A stretch of DNA of 32,000 bases from Limnohabitans phage DC31. Below the pieces are notes generated by a model, which was not told the origin of the DNA, did not search any database, and worked only from the letters and a program-made list of their open reading frames with translations. The translations under genes and the position numbers were made by a program. Below are positions 1-8,750 of this stretch, piece after piece. The stretch lies in sequence record PQ492658.1; one strand, written 5' to 3'. How positions within the stretch are numbered: position 1 is the stretch's first letter; every line of letters starts with the position of its first letter.

Positions 1-52
1 TTACTCGCAATACAATCTACAAACCACTGACTATTACGATTGGAGACTAAAC

Positions 53-430
53 ATGAGTACACCAGAAGTAACAACAGACGTTCCAGCAGAAGTTGTCTTT
101 ACTCTTTGTTGTGAGTATTTAGATTCTTTGAGGCAAGCTAAAGAGCAAACCAAAAAAATTTTTTACCAGTACTATATCAAACAGACAAAGTTTTCTTTGT
201 GCAGAATGCGAAGAGTACCTGAGTATACACACGAAGAAGCTGTACAGTGTGCAGATAACACTACAGCTTGGCAGTTTGTCTGGAATAAGCGCAATGAAGT
301 AATTAAAATTAAAAACTTAGCTTTTCGTGATTTATCTGCTACAATGCAAGTTAACTACGAAGCTTGGAACATGATTCACAAGCGATTCACTGCAGCTACA
401 CCGGAGAACAGACACTATGAAGAATTTTAA
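53..430 (+). CDS. hypothetical early protein (125 aa)
   Basis: ATG ORF from the track, packed on the same strand as its neighbours. No motif recognised. Confidence 0.6.
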   Translation: MSTPEVTTDVPAEVVFTLCCEYLDSLRQAKEQTKKIFYQYYIKQTKFSLCRMRRVPEYTHEEAVQCADNTTAWQFVWNKRNEVIKIKNLAFRDLSATMQVNYEAWNMIHKRFTAATPENRHYEEF

Positions 431-593
431 GAAAACAGACGTTAAAAATGTTCGTCTAACTTGGCAAGAAGTCAAAAGTGATGGTACAATCTCAACTCGT
501 ACTTACGCTTGTGATGATAAGAGTGCAAGCTGGCATCTGATGCAAATGCGTAAGAGTCCTAGCCTTCGTAATATTAAACTGGAGAAATTATGA
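417..593 (+). CDS. small hypothetical protein (58 aa, below ORF-track cutoff)
   Basis: Hand translation: MKNFKKTDVKNVRLTWQEVKSDGTISTRTYACDDKSASWHLMQMRKSPSLRNIKLEKL. GGAG lies ~10 nt upstream. Its TGA overlaps the next ATG (ATGA at 590-593). It fills an otherwise empty 160-nt gap. Confidence 0.5.
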   Translation: MKNFKKTDVKNVRLTWQEVKSDGTISTRTYACDDKSASWHLMQMRKSPSLRNIKLEKL

Positions 594-820
594 ACAAACA
601 ATCAAACTTCAAACATGATAAACCAATGTTTCCGTGGGTGGTTGTTGCACCTGATGGTCTAAGGTGGCTTGGTCTTGCTATGAATGAACACCATGCTTGG
701 CAATTCGCATTGGGTTGGCCTGATCAAAAAGAGATACAATATCATAAAGATCAACTTGGGTGGTATGCAAGTGAAGCTACATGTACATGGAAAGATTCTA
801 GAACAAAGGATAAACTATGA
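590..820 (+). CDS. hypothetical protein (76 aa, Trp-rich)
   Basis: ATG ORF with ATGA overlaps to both neighbours. Confidence 0.6.
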   Translation: MNKQSNFKHDKPMFPWVVVAPDGLRWLGLAMNEHHAWQFALGWPDQKEIQYHKDQLGWYASEATCTWKDSRTKDKL

Positions 821-1056
821 TTAGCTGGAACGAGTTCTTGTCTTCTATAACTGAAGATGAGTTTAGAGCAATAATTCTAGATCATGAAAAATTTTCTAAT
901 GATGGTTTTATCGGTAACTGCACTCTTAGAGTTATAACTAGACGTTGGATTGATAACATAAATAGTACTGCAAATATAACTATTTGGATGGATAGAATTG
1001 CATTTGAGGCTTATAAATATTTTGCTAATAAATATCTAACAAAGGAGAAACTATGA
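817..1056 (+). CDS. hypothetical protein (79 aa)
   Basis: ATG ORF with ATGA start/stop overlap at both ends. Confidence 0.6.
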   Translation: MISWNEFLSSITEDEFRAIILDHEKFSNDGFIGNCTLRVITRRWIDNINSTANITIWMDRIAFEAYKYFANKYLTKEKL

Positions 1057-1322
1057 GTAATGTCGCAGAAGAACGTATGCAAAATGCAATTGATGAACTA
1101 GAGCAAGAGAATCGTCTGTTACGTGCTCGTAATGATCGGTTGGAAGCACTGGTAGGTAGTCAACCTACAAAAGAGCAGATTGTTGCTGGTGCTAAAGCTT
1201 TGGGCAAACGATCAGCAGAAAGCTGTGGTATTGATGAAGGTGATCAATGGAAGTTCTACAGTGAAGAACTAATTGAAGATTCTCGTGTTGTGTTAACTGC
1301 AGCTTTTAAGTTGAAAGGATGA
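1053..1322 (+). CDS. hypothetical protein with N-terminal coiled coil (89 aa)
   Basis: AAGGAG RBS upstream. Heptad-like N-terminus NAIDELEQENRLLRARNDRLEAL. Confidence 0.6.
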   Translation: MSNVAEERMQNAIDELEQENRLLRARNDRLEALVGSQPTKEQIVAGAKALGKRSAESCGIDEGDQWKFYSEELIEDSRVVLTAAFKLKG

Positions 1323-1323
1323 T

Positions 1324-1749
1324 ATGCAAAAGAATGATACAATTATTTGCAACGCAATTTTGACACCTGATGGTACTTACTTGCGTAGCTATAATCGACA
1401 TGACTACAAAGAGCATTGGGATGTAGAAGCAGAAGAACTCTACATTGTAGATGGTGGTACAGATTACCTTCGCCGTAGCTTAAATAGAACACCTGCTGCA
1501 GATTGTAGTGTGTACTTGAGTGATTCCTTTGAGATGATTCGTCAAGCTTTCGTATGGAAAAGCTATGGCAAGAACATGGAGCATCTACCTCATGGAATTT
1601 ATATTGAGTTGTACAACATGGAAACCGATCATATTCGTGCTATACTTGAAACTCAGCAGCATATCAAAGGTACTTACGTTGAGATGCTATTCAAGAAAGA
1701 ACTTGTGTACCGAACTGGTACTGTAACTTTAGGAGAAAACAATGTCTGA
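1324..1749 (+). CDS. hypothetical protein (141 aa)
   Basis: ATG 1 nt after the preceding stop. No motif recognised. Confidence 0.65.
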   Translation: MQKNDTIICNAILTPDGTYLRSYNRHDYKEHWDVEAEELYIVDGGTDYLRRSLNRTPAADCSVYLSDSFEMIRQAFVWKSYGKNMEHLPHGIYIELYNMETDHIRAILETQQHIKGTYVEMLFKKELVYRTGTVTLGENNV

Positions 1750-1879
1750 TGTAGAAGCTTTTTGGACAAAGGTAGCAGCTAAGTTTGGTGACAAACGAAC
1801 TTGGCATCAGTTGAACCCTATGGAACAACAGATGGTTATCCAAGGTATCAACATGATCTTGCAGGTGGTAGCAAAATGA
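1742..1879 (+). CDS. small hypothetical protein (45 aa, below cutoff)
   Basis: Hand translation: MSDVEAFWTKVAAKFGDKRTWHQLNPMEQQMVIQGINMILQVVAK. AGGAG lies 7 nt upstream. Its TGA overlaps the ATG at 1876 (ATGA). Confidence 0.5.
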   Translation: MSDVEAFWTKVAAKFGDKRTWHQLNPMEQQMVIQGINMILQVVAK

Positions 1880-2223
1880 GTTTAGCGTTTATTATTTATC
1901 TTGCTGGTGTCATTACTAGTCTTTCAAAATTTACAGCATTTATTTTTCTTACTACATGTATCATTTATGGGTTATATTGTTCTGTGTATGCAGTCAGTGA
2001 AGGTCAAATTGACAGTAAGTTTCGCAAATGGCCTTTGTATGTTATACTTTCTGTAGGTTTAATTGGTTCACTATTACCTTCAGAACGTACAATGTGGATG
2101 ATGGCTGGTGCTTACACTGGTCAACAAATTGTAGAGAGTACAATCGGTAAACAAACAATTGAACTGATTGAACTGAAACTTGCAGAAGAACTTGAATTGT
2201 TGAAAGATAAGGCAAAGAAGTGA
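1876..2223 (+). CDS. small integral membrane protein (about 3 TM)
   Basis: The track ORF 1801..2223 uses a TTG start. The internal ATG at 1876 has AGGTGG upstream and an ATGA overlap with the preceding small ORF. Hydrophobic segments: LAFIIYLAGVITSL, FIFLTTCIIYGLYCSVYAV, LYVILSVGLIGSLL. Confidence 0.6.
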   Translation: MSLAFIIYLAGVITSLSKFTAFIFLTTCIIYGLYCSVYAVSEGQIDSKFRKWPLYVILSVGLIGSLLPSERTMWMMAGAYTGQQIVESTIGKQTIELIELKLAEELELLKDKAKK

Positions 2224-2329
2224 CGTTTCCAAAATTAATTTATCAAAGTCCTAAAATTTTCTACTATGCTGGTGTATACTTGAAGCTTGGCAACAAACGC
2301 TATCGTTTAATCAAACTAGGAGATCATTG

Positions 2330-3223
2330 ATGACAATTCCAGAAGGTTTTAAACCACTACTCGCTATTGAACACAGCAAAGTAAAAACACAAAAGTTTCC
2401 GTACTATCTGTCTGAAAAACTTGATGGTATTCGCTGCATCATCTTTGGTGGTGTAGCTTACAGCCGTAGTCTCAAGCGCATTCCTAACTTGAGTATTCAA
2501 GCTTATGTACAACAGTATATTGATATCTTGGAAGGCTTTGATGGTGAACTCATCGTTGGCGATAAGAATGCCCCCGATGTATTTAACCAAAGTACTTCTG
2601 GAGTTATGCGTATCGAAGGTGAACCTGATTTTACCTTTTGGGTATTTGATCGTTATGATCCTTCAGGTTGTGCTTATACTAGTCGTATTGGAAAAATTCC
2701 AACTGAACTACCTGATCGTGTTAAATTTCTACCGCAGTTTTATGTAACAAAACAAGATGAAGTTGATCAATGGGAAGCAAATTTTCTCAAAAAAGGAGCA
2801 GAAGGTGTAATGCTGCGTGATCCAAATAGCTTATATAAGTTCGGTCGATCTGGTACTAAAACACCAGAGCTACAAAAAGTTAAACGCTTTGTTGACAGTG
2901 AGTTTGAAATCATTGGTTGGGAGCCTAAGTACACCAACACCAATGCTGCTACAGTCAATGAATTAGGGCGTACAGCACGTTCTACAGCTAAGGATGGTAT
3001 GGTAGCCCTAGATACAATGGGATCGTTGATTCTACGCACCTCTAAAGGCGATACATTCAGTTGTGGTAGTGGTATGACTGATGCTATCCGAGAAGACTTG
3101 TGGGAACGCAAGGAAACTTTGATGGGTCAACTTGCAAAGGTTAAGTATTTTGATGTTGGAAACGGGTATAATGTCCCTAGATTCCCTGTGCTGGTCGGTA
3201 TCCGGCATAAGGATGATTTGTGA
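2330..3223 (+). CDS. ATP-dependent DNA ligase (small T7/Chlorella-virus type)
   Basis: Nucleotidyltransferase motifs: I SEKLDGIRC (adenylated Lys), III FDGELIV, IV EGVMLRD, V LQKVKRF. AGGAG lies 7 nt before the ATG at 2330; the track start at 2327 is TTG. Confidence 0.88.
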   Translation: MTIPEGFKPLLAIEHSKVKTQKFPYYLSEKLDGIRCIIFGGVAYSRSLKRIPNLSIQAYVQQYIDILEGFDGELIVGDKNAPDVFNQSTSGVMRIEGEPDFTFWVFDRYDPSGCAYTSRIGKIPTELPDRVKFLPQFYVTKQDEVDQWEANFLKKGAEGVMLRDPNSLYKFGRSGTKTPELQKVKRFVDSEFEIIGWEPKYTNTNAATVNELGRTARSTAKDGMVALDTMGSLILRTSKGDTFSCGSGMTDAIREDLWERKETLMGQLAKVKYFDVGNGYNVPRFPVLVGIRHKDDL

Positions 3224-3251
3224 TATTTTGACGGAAACAAAAGGAGAAGTT

Positions 3252-4274
3252 ATGACAGAACGTAAATTAGCAACTATTCGTAAGATTGCAGAAGTAAAAG
3301 CTATTCCAGATGCAGATAAGATTTGTGCTTATCGTGTTGATGGTTGGTGGCTTGTTGATTCTGTTGGTAAGTACCAAGTGGATGATTTGGTGGTGTACCT
3401 AGAGGTGGATTCTTGGGTTCCAACAGAACTAGCACCATTTCTATCCAAAGGTAAAGAACCTCGTGAATTTGAAGGTGTAAAAGGCGAACGTCTGCGTACA
3501 GTTAAACTACGTGGTCAATTATCACAGGGTTTATTACTACCATTACAAACTGTGTATGAATTACCTAATACAACCAATTGTGATGTGTTAGGTGATGATG
3601 TAACTGAAGCACTTGGTATCCTAAAATGGGAACGCCCAATGAATGCTCAACTCGCTGGTATGGCACGAGGTAATTTCCCTGCGCTAGTACCAAAGACTGA
3701 TCAAGAGCGTATTCAAAACCTTACACGATCTTTTGAGCAGTATCAACTTGATAGTTGGTCTATTACAGAAAAACTCGATGGTTCATCTTGTACTTTCTAC
3801 CTAGATGATGAAGATGTATTTCACGTATGCTCACGTAATCTTGATCTGAAAGAAGATGAAGCAAATTCATTCTGGAAAGTAGCACGTAAGTTTCAAGTTG
3901 AAGATGTTATGCGCCGTAACTTTATGAAGGGTATGGCAATCCAAGGTGAAATGATCGGTGAAGGTATTCAAGGTAATCAGTACAAAACACAGCTTGACTT
4001 CTACGTTTACGACATGTACAATACGCACACAGGGCAATACATTTTGCCAGTGCAGCTTAAAGCAGCGTGTGAGCGTTTGGGACTAAAGCATGTACCAATC
4101 CTTGCTAAAGGTGTTACACTTGTTGGTAGCAGCATTCAGAGCATTCTAAGTGAAGCAGAAGGCAAGTCACAACTGAATGGTTCTGAACGTGAAGGTGTTG
4201 TGTTTAAATCAGAAAGCATTCATGACTGCAGTTTCAAGGCAATCAACAATAAGTGGTTATTGAAAAATGAATAA
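3252..4274 (+). CDS. RNA ligase (DraRnl / PF09414-like ATP-dependent RNA ligase)
   Basis: Motif I EKLDGSS, Ia CSRN, III GEMIGEGIQGN, IV EGVVFK, V FKAINNKWLLK. The N-terminal domain MTERKLATIRKI..KAIPDADKI is typical of this family. AAGGAG RBS precedes the ATG at 3252; the track start at 3132 overlaps the ligase gene and is rejected. Confidence 0.75.
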   Translation: MTERKLATIRKIAEVKAIPDADKICAYRVDGWWLVDSVGKYQVDDLVVYLEVDSWVPTELAPFLSKGKEPREFEGVKGERLRTVKLRGQLSQGLLLPLQTVYELPNTTNCDVLGDDVTEALGILKWERPMNAQLAGMARGNFPALVPKTDQERIQNLTRSFEQYQLDSWSITEKLDGSSCTFYLDDEDVFHVCSRNLDLKEDEANSFWKVARKFQVEDVMRRNFMKGMAIQGEMIGEGIQGNQYKTQLDFYVYDMYNTHTGQYILPVQLKAACERLGLKHVPILAKGVTLVGSSIQSILSEAEGKSQLNGSEREGVVFKSESIHDCSFKAINNKWLLKNE

Positions 4275-4283
4275 GGAGTAGAA

Positions 4284-6014
4284 TTGGCAAATTTCGTTAA
4301 GCACACCAATTGCGAAAAATGCGGTAGTTCTGATGGTAAAGCAGTGTATGAAGGTGGTTCTTCACATTGCTTTGTCTGCGAACATACTGTACCATCTAGT
4401 GAATTCAAGGAATTGAATCCTAAGAAAACAAGCAAAGTACGAATAACAGCAAAGGAAGAAAAGAGTATGGAAATTAAACCAAGCGGAAAACCTGCAATGA
4501 CACCAGATGAAAATGCAGAGATTAAATCTGTAACTGGTGTAGCAGGTAAAGGTTTTCGTGGATTAAAAGATGAAACTACAAAACCTTTTGGTGTACGGTA
4601 TGCGTATGACGAAGATGGTGAAGTTGAAGAGCAGTATTATCCTGCTACACAAGATGGTCAAATCGTAGGATACAAAATCCGTGAAGTACCAAAGAACTTT
4701 TACTCCAAAGGTCGTACTGGTGCTGACTGCGAATTGTTCATGCAGTTCAAATTCAATCGTGGTGGTAAGTACATTCTAATCACTGAAGGTGAACTAGATG
4801 CTTTGTCTGCATATCAGATGTTTGCTGAGTACAATAAAACTCGTGGTGGCGATTATGAGATGGCTGTAGTTAGTCCAACTACTGGTGCTAACTCACATAA
4901 ACAAATTGCTGCTCAGTATCGTTTCTTTGACAGCTTTGATAATATTATCGTTTGTTATGATAATGATAAAGCTGGTAAGGAAGCAACTGAAGATGTAGTC
5001 AAGGCTTTGCCAAAAGGTAAAGTTAAGATTATGCACATGCGATACAAAGACCCAAATACTTATCTTGAAGAAGGTAAGCAAGATGAGTTTATTCGCAGCT
5101 TTTATGAAGCCAAGCGTTATACACCTGTTGGTGTATTAGGTAGTGGTGATTTGTACAGCAAAATCCTAGAGCAAGCTACAGTACCGAAAGTACCGTTTCC
5201 ACCATTCATGAATACTCTGAATGAAATGCTTGTCGGTGGTCTACCGCTTGGTCACATCATTAATATTGCTGCAGGTACAGGTCTTGGTAAAACTTCATTC
5301 GTCAACGAAATGATTTATCATTGGATTTTTAACTCACCGCACAAAATCGGCATTGTTTCAATGGAGTTAGATTCAGGTCAATATGGTGAAACACTCTTGG
5401 GTAGACACCTGAGTCGTAAGCTTTCATTGATTCAAGATGATGAAGTTAAGAAAGACTTGTTGGAGTCTGATAAAGTTCGTGATAAGGCAAATGAACTTTT
5501 CTACAACGAAGATGGTCAGCATCGTTTCTATCTACTTGATAACCGTGATGGTACAATCGAAGAGATTCAAGATACAGTAGAAGAGCTTGTGGTATCATGT
5601 GGTTGCAGAATCATTGTGTTGGACCCTTTACAGGATATTCTAGATGGTTTATCCAATGAAGACCAAGCATTGTTTATGAAGTGGTCCAAAGGTATCATCA
5701 AGAGTCACAACGTAACACTGATTTTTATTAATCACGTTCGTAAGTCAGCGTCTGGTGTACAGAATTCTTCACAAGGTGGTGCATTCACTGAAGAGGAAAT
5801 TCAAGGTAGTTCTACTATCATTAAATCAGCTTCAGCTAACATTTTGTTGAGTCGAAATAAGTACGCTGAAGACCCTACCGAACGTAATACAACCAAAGTT
5901 GTACTAAGTAAGAATCGTATTTGTGGATTGACAGGACCAGCAGGTAACGTCTACTATGACAACGACACTCATACTTTGCACAACTTAGATGATTGGTTGA
6001 ACAACAACAATTAA
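4284..6014 (+). CDS. bifunctional DNA primase / DnaB-type helicase (T7 gp4-like)
   Basis: N-terminal Cys4 zinc finger CEKC-x15-CFVC. TOPRIM motifs ITEGELDAL and YDNDKAG. Walker A AAGTGLGKTS and Walker B IIVLDPLQ. TTG start at 4284 with AAGGAG 5 nt upstream; this start preserves the zinc finger. Confidence 0.88.
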   Translation: MANFVKHTNCEKCGSSDGKAVYEGGSSHCFVCEHTVPSSEFKELNPKKTSKVRITAKEEKSMEIKPSGKPAMTPDENAEIKSVTGVAGKGFRGLKDETTKPFGVRYAYDEDGEVEEQYYPATQDGQIVGYKIREVPKNFYSKGRTGADCELFMQFKFNRGGKYILITEGELDALSAYQMFAEYNKTRGGDYEMAVVSPTTGANSHKQIAAQYRFFDSFDNIIVCYDNDKAGKEATEDVVKALPKGKVKIMHMRYKDPNTYLEEGKQDEFIRSFYEAKRYTPVGVLGSGDLYSKILEQATVPKVPFPPFMNTLNEMLVGGLPLGHIINIAAGTGLGKTSFVNEMIYHWIFNSPHKIGIVSMELDSGQYGETLLGRHLSRKLSLIQDDEVKKDLLESDKVRDKANELFYNEDGQHRFYLLDNRDGTIEEIQDTVEELVVSCGCRIIVLDPLQDILDGLSNEDQALFMKWSKGIIKSHNVTLIFINHVRKSASGVQNSSQGGAFTEEEIQGSSTIIKSASANILLSRNKYAEDPTERNTTKVVLSKNRICGLTGPAGNVYYDNDTHTLHNLDDWLNNNN

Positions 6015-6024
6015 GCTTGACGTA

Positions 6025-6058
6025 GACCTAGAGTTGTGATAGACTCTAGGTTTTCTTT
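6025..6058 (+). terminator. rho-independent terminator after primase-helicase
   Basis: Stem (A)CCTAGAGT / ACTCTAGG(T) (6026-6034 / 6043-6051), 8-nt loop, then TTTTCTTT. Confidence 0.7.
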
Positions 6059-6073
6059 ATTGGAGAAGTACAA

Positions 6074-8260
6074 ATGGATTTAACAAAAGACTGGATTTAT
6101 GACATTGAGACATACAAGTCTGCTTTTACATTTGCTGTCATTCGTGCAGATGGTAAGTTCCCACGGGTATTTGAGGTTTCTAGCCGCACAAATGAGCTTG
6201 ACCGTATCTACGCTTGTGTTGATCACATTGAAGCCACTGACGGTCGTTTGGTAGGTTTTAACAACGTAGGTTTCGACTACCCAATCTTGCATGAAGTACT
6301 GACAACACGTAGTCGCTGGTCATCTAAATCAGGTAAGCAAGTTGCAGTTGATGTACACAAGCTTGCACAAAAGCAGATTGATTCATTCAAGGATAATGGT
6401 TTTGGTCACAGCATCAAAACTGATGAGCAAGTCATTCCACAGGTTGATTTGTATCGCATTCATCACTTTAATAACAAAGCAAAAGCTACGGGTCTAAAGA
6501 TGCTGGAATTCAACATGCGTATGGATAACATTGAAGACTTACCATATGCTGTAGATGCAGAGTTGACAGATGCTGAGATCGACAAGCTCAAAACATATAA
6601 CATGCACGATGTGCGTTGTACTCTTGCGTTTTATCTGAAGTCTCTTACACAGATTGAATTCAGGGATAACCTGAGTATCAAACTTGGTCGTGAATTTACT
6701 AACGCTGATGACACTAAGATTGGTGCAGAATACTTTCAAATGAAGCTTGAAGAATCAGGTGTAAAGCTGCACAAATTCAAAGACGGTAAGAAAGTCATGA
6801 TGCAGACTAAGCGTGACAAGATTGCAATTAAAGACTGCTTGTTTAAATACTACAAGTTTGATCGTCCAGAATTTCAGGCAGTTTATGATTGGTTTTCCAA
6901 GCAGGTTATCACTGAAACTAAAGGTGTGTTTTCAGACATTGAAGAACATAATCTTGGTGAAGTTGCAAAGTATGCAAACCTTACTGTAAAGCGCAAGAAG
7001 TTCAAAGGTACTCCAACTGAACGAGATACTGATGAATTCAAGAATGAACATCCTATGGGTTGGATCGAAGTAGAAGAACTCAAGGCTACCGAATATCTGT
7101 TTGATGCAAATGGTGAGCATGTAATGGAATATCCGTTAGATGCTGATGGTTGTCCAGACCTCACAAAGAAGCGTAAGAAGGTCAGAGTACCCAAGAAATC
7201 CTATTGGGGCTGCTACCGTATTGCTGAGACTCTAAACGTCCTTGTAGACGGTTATCGCATTGACTTCGGTGTTGGTGGTGTACATGCATCATTGTCTGAA
7301 AAGATTGCTAGTGCAGGTAAACTGTACATGCTTCGTGATGCTGATGTAAGTTCAATGTATCCCAACATTGCTATCTCAAATAAGATTTATCCTGAGCATC
7401 TTGGTGAGCAGTTCTGTGTGATTTATCAGGACATGTATGAACAACGTAAATCATATGCAAAGAATACTGCAGAAAATGCAATGCTTAAACTTGCATTGAA
7501 TGGTACATATGGTAAGAGCAACGATAAATACTCTGTATTCTATGATCCTAAGTTTACAATGTCGATCACCATTAATGGTCAATTGTCATTGCTAATGCTT
7601 GCTGATCGTTTACTGCAGATTCCAAAGCTTAAACTAGTGCAGCTAAATACTGACGGTTTGACTGTAGCTATGACACGAGATACTGAAGAGCAGTACAATG
7701 CAATTTGCGCTCAATGGCAAAAGGATGTAAAGCTTGAGTTAGAATTCGTAGATTACCAAAACATGTACATTCGTGATGTGAACAACTACATTGCTTTGTA
7801 CACAAATGGTAAGGTGAAGCGCAAAGGTGCTTATCAGTACGAAGATTTAGGTTGGCATCAAAACCAAGGTGGTCTAGTCATTCCAATGGCTGCAGAAGCT
7901 GCTATGCTGCATGGTAAGGATGTACGTGAGTTCATTCAAGAGCGACTTGATCAAGGTCATATCTTTGATTTCATGCTACGTACAAAAGTTCCTCGCAGTT
8001 CCAAACTTGTGCTAGAATTTGAAGATGGTCGTGTAGAGCAACAACAGAACATTTGCAGGTACTACCCTTGTAAAACTGGTGGTAAGCTTGTGAAGTTGAT
8101 GCCAGCACTGGAAGACAATGAAGACAAGACTGATCGCAGACTAGGTATTGATACTGCATGGAATGTAAAAACATGCAATAACATTGCTGACTTCGGTTAT
8201 GATGTAGACTTGGATTACTATGTAAGTGAAGCTGAGAAGCTGGTTATTAGAAAGGATTGA
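6074..8260 (+). CDS. DNA polymerase with N-terminal DEDD 3'-5' exonuclease; polymerase motifs are of family-B type
   Basis: Exo I YDIET, Exo II NNVGFDYPIL, Exo III YNMHDVRC. Pol motif A DADVSSMYPN (DxxSLYP-like), motif B KLALNGTYGKS (Kx3NSxYG-like), motif C QLNTDGL, and KxY-like KRKGAY. Confidence 0.85.
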   Translation: MDLTKDWIYDIETYKSAFTFAVIRADGKFPRVFEVSSRTNELDRIYACVDHIEATDGRLVGFNNVGFDYPILHEVLTTRSRWSSKSGKQVAVDVHKLAQKQIDSFKDNGFGHSIKTDEQVIPQVDLYRIHHFNNKAKATGLKMLEFNMRMDNIEDLPYAVDAELTDAEIDKLKTYNMHDVRCTLAFYLKSLTQIEFRDNLSIKLGREFTNADDTKIGAEYFQMKLEESGVKLHKFKDGKKVMMQTKRDKIAIKDCLFKYYKFDRPEFQAVYDWFSKQVITETKGVFSDIEEHNLGEVAKYANLTVKRKKFKGTPTERDTDEFKNEHPMGWIEVEELKATEYLFDANGEHVMEYPLDADGCPDLTKKRKKVRVPKKSYWGCYRIAETLNVLVDGYRIDFGVGGVHASLSEKIASAGKLYMLRDADVSSMYPNIAISNKIYPEHLGEQFCVIYQDMYEQRKSYAKNTAENAMLKLALNGTYGKSNDKYSVFYDPKFTMSITINGQLSLLMLADRLLQIPKLKLVQLNTDGLTVAMTRDTEEQYNAICAQWQKDVKLELEFVDYQNMYIRDVNNYIALYTNGKVKRKGAYQYEDLGWHQNQGGLVIPMAAEAAMLHGKDVREFIQERLDQGHIFDFMLRTKVPRSSKLVLEFEDGRVEQQQNICRYYPCKTGGKLVKLMPALEDNEDKTDRRLGIDTAWNVKTCNNIADFGYDVDLDYYVSEAEKLVIRKD

Positions 8261-8264
8261 CACA

Positions 8265-8750
8265 ATGAAAAGACTTGTAAACTTTATTGGAAAAGCATCA
8301 ATGCTGCTGCTATTTCCTCTGAATTGTTTAGCATGTAGTGGATATGTTGTTGGCTTCGGTGGACTCAATGCTGCCTTTGATAAAAAAGCTTTTGATCACT
8401 ATGCTGCACTACAAGGTTATTGTGCTAAAAGCTATGCTTGGCAAGATCAAGCTAAAGCAAAGGCATTTATAGAATCATTAAGTGTTCCTTATCAACTCTA
8501 TGGGTTTAGTAAAGGTGCAGAAACAGTTTCTAAGTTGGTTAAAAGTACTACTAAGAAACCTGATTACATAATTACGATTGGTGCTTACAAAACTGTAGAT
8601 GTAAACTTTACAAAGTATCATATCCCCTTTACTAACTATTTTGATAATTCTGGTCGTGGTCAGAAAAGTCCCGGAACTTTCTTAAATAGATCACATGGTA
8701 GTATGCAGTCTACAGTAAGTAGATTGTTGGAAGGTAATTTTTGCATATGA
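8265..8750 (+). CDS. small exported or membrane-anchored protein with serine-hydrolase-like GxSxG motif
   Basis: ATG at 8265 lies 5 nt after the polymerase stop; the track start at 8226 lies inside the polymerase gene. N-terminal hydrophobic segment MLLLFPLNCLAC. Motifs VVGFGG and YGFSKGAET, followed by FDNSG and RSHGS (Ser-Asp-His order). Confidence 0.6.
   Translation: MKRLVNFIGKASMLLLFPLNCLACSGYVVGFGGLNAAFDKKAFDHYAALQGYCAKSYAWQDQAKAKAFIESLSVPYQLYGFSKGAETVSKLVKSTTKKPDYIITIGAYKTVDVNFTKYHIPFTNYFDNSGRGQKSPGTFLNRSHGSMQSTVSRLLEGNFCI

Noticed and set aside
2220-2330. Possible 36-aa ORF (GTG start overlapping the previous TGA; TGATG overlap with the ligase ATG)
   Set aside because: It is plausible as a coupled micro-ORF. 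However, it has a GTG start, no clear SD and is very short, so the evidence is not enough to call it.
2357-3111. Track ORFs 2357..2590(-), 2505..2747(+) and 2767..3111(-) inside the DNA ligase gene
   Set aside because: They are antisense or out of frame relative to a CDS with all the ligase motifs. Their sequences are low-complexity or hydrophobic with no motifs.
3132-3251. Long upstream start for the RNA ligase (track start 3132)
   Set aside because: It would overlap the DNA ligase 3' end by 92 nt with no RBS. The ATG at 3252 has AAGGAG upstream and begins at the conserved N-terminus.
4220-8368. Assorted short antisense ORFs within the primase-helicase and polymerase genes (4220..4435, 4893..5081, 6080..6292, 6539..6739, 6883..7194, 6932..7120, 7971..8174, 8141..8368)
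   Set aside because: All lie opposite strongly supported CDSs, with no RBS or motifs. They are typical shadow ORFs.
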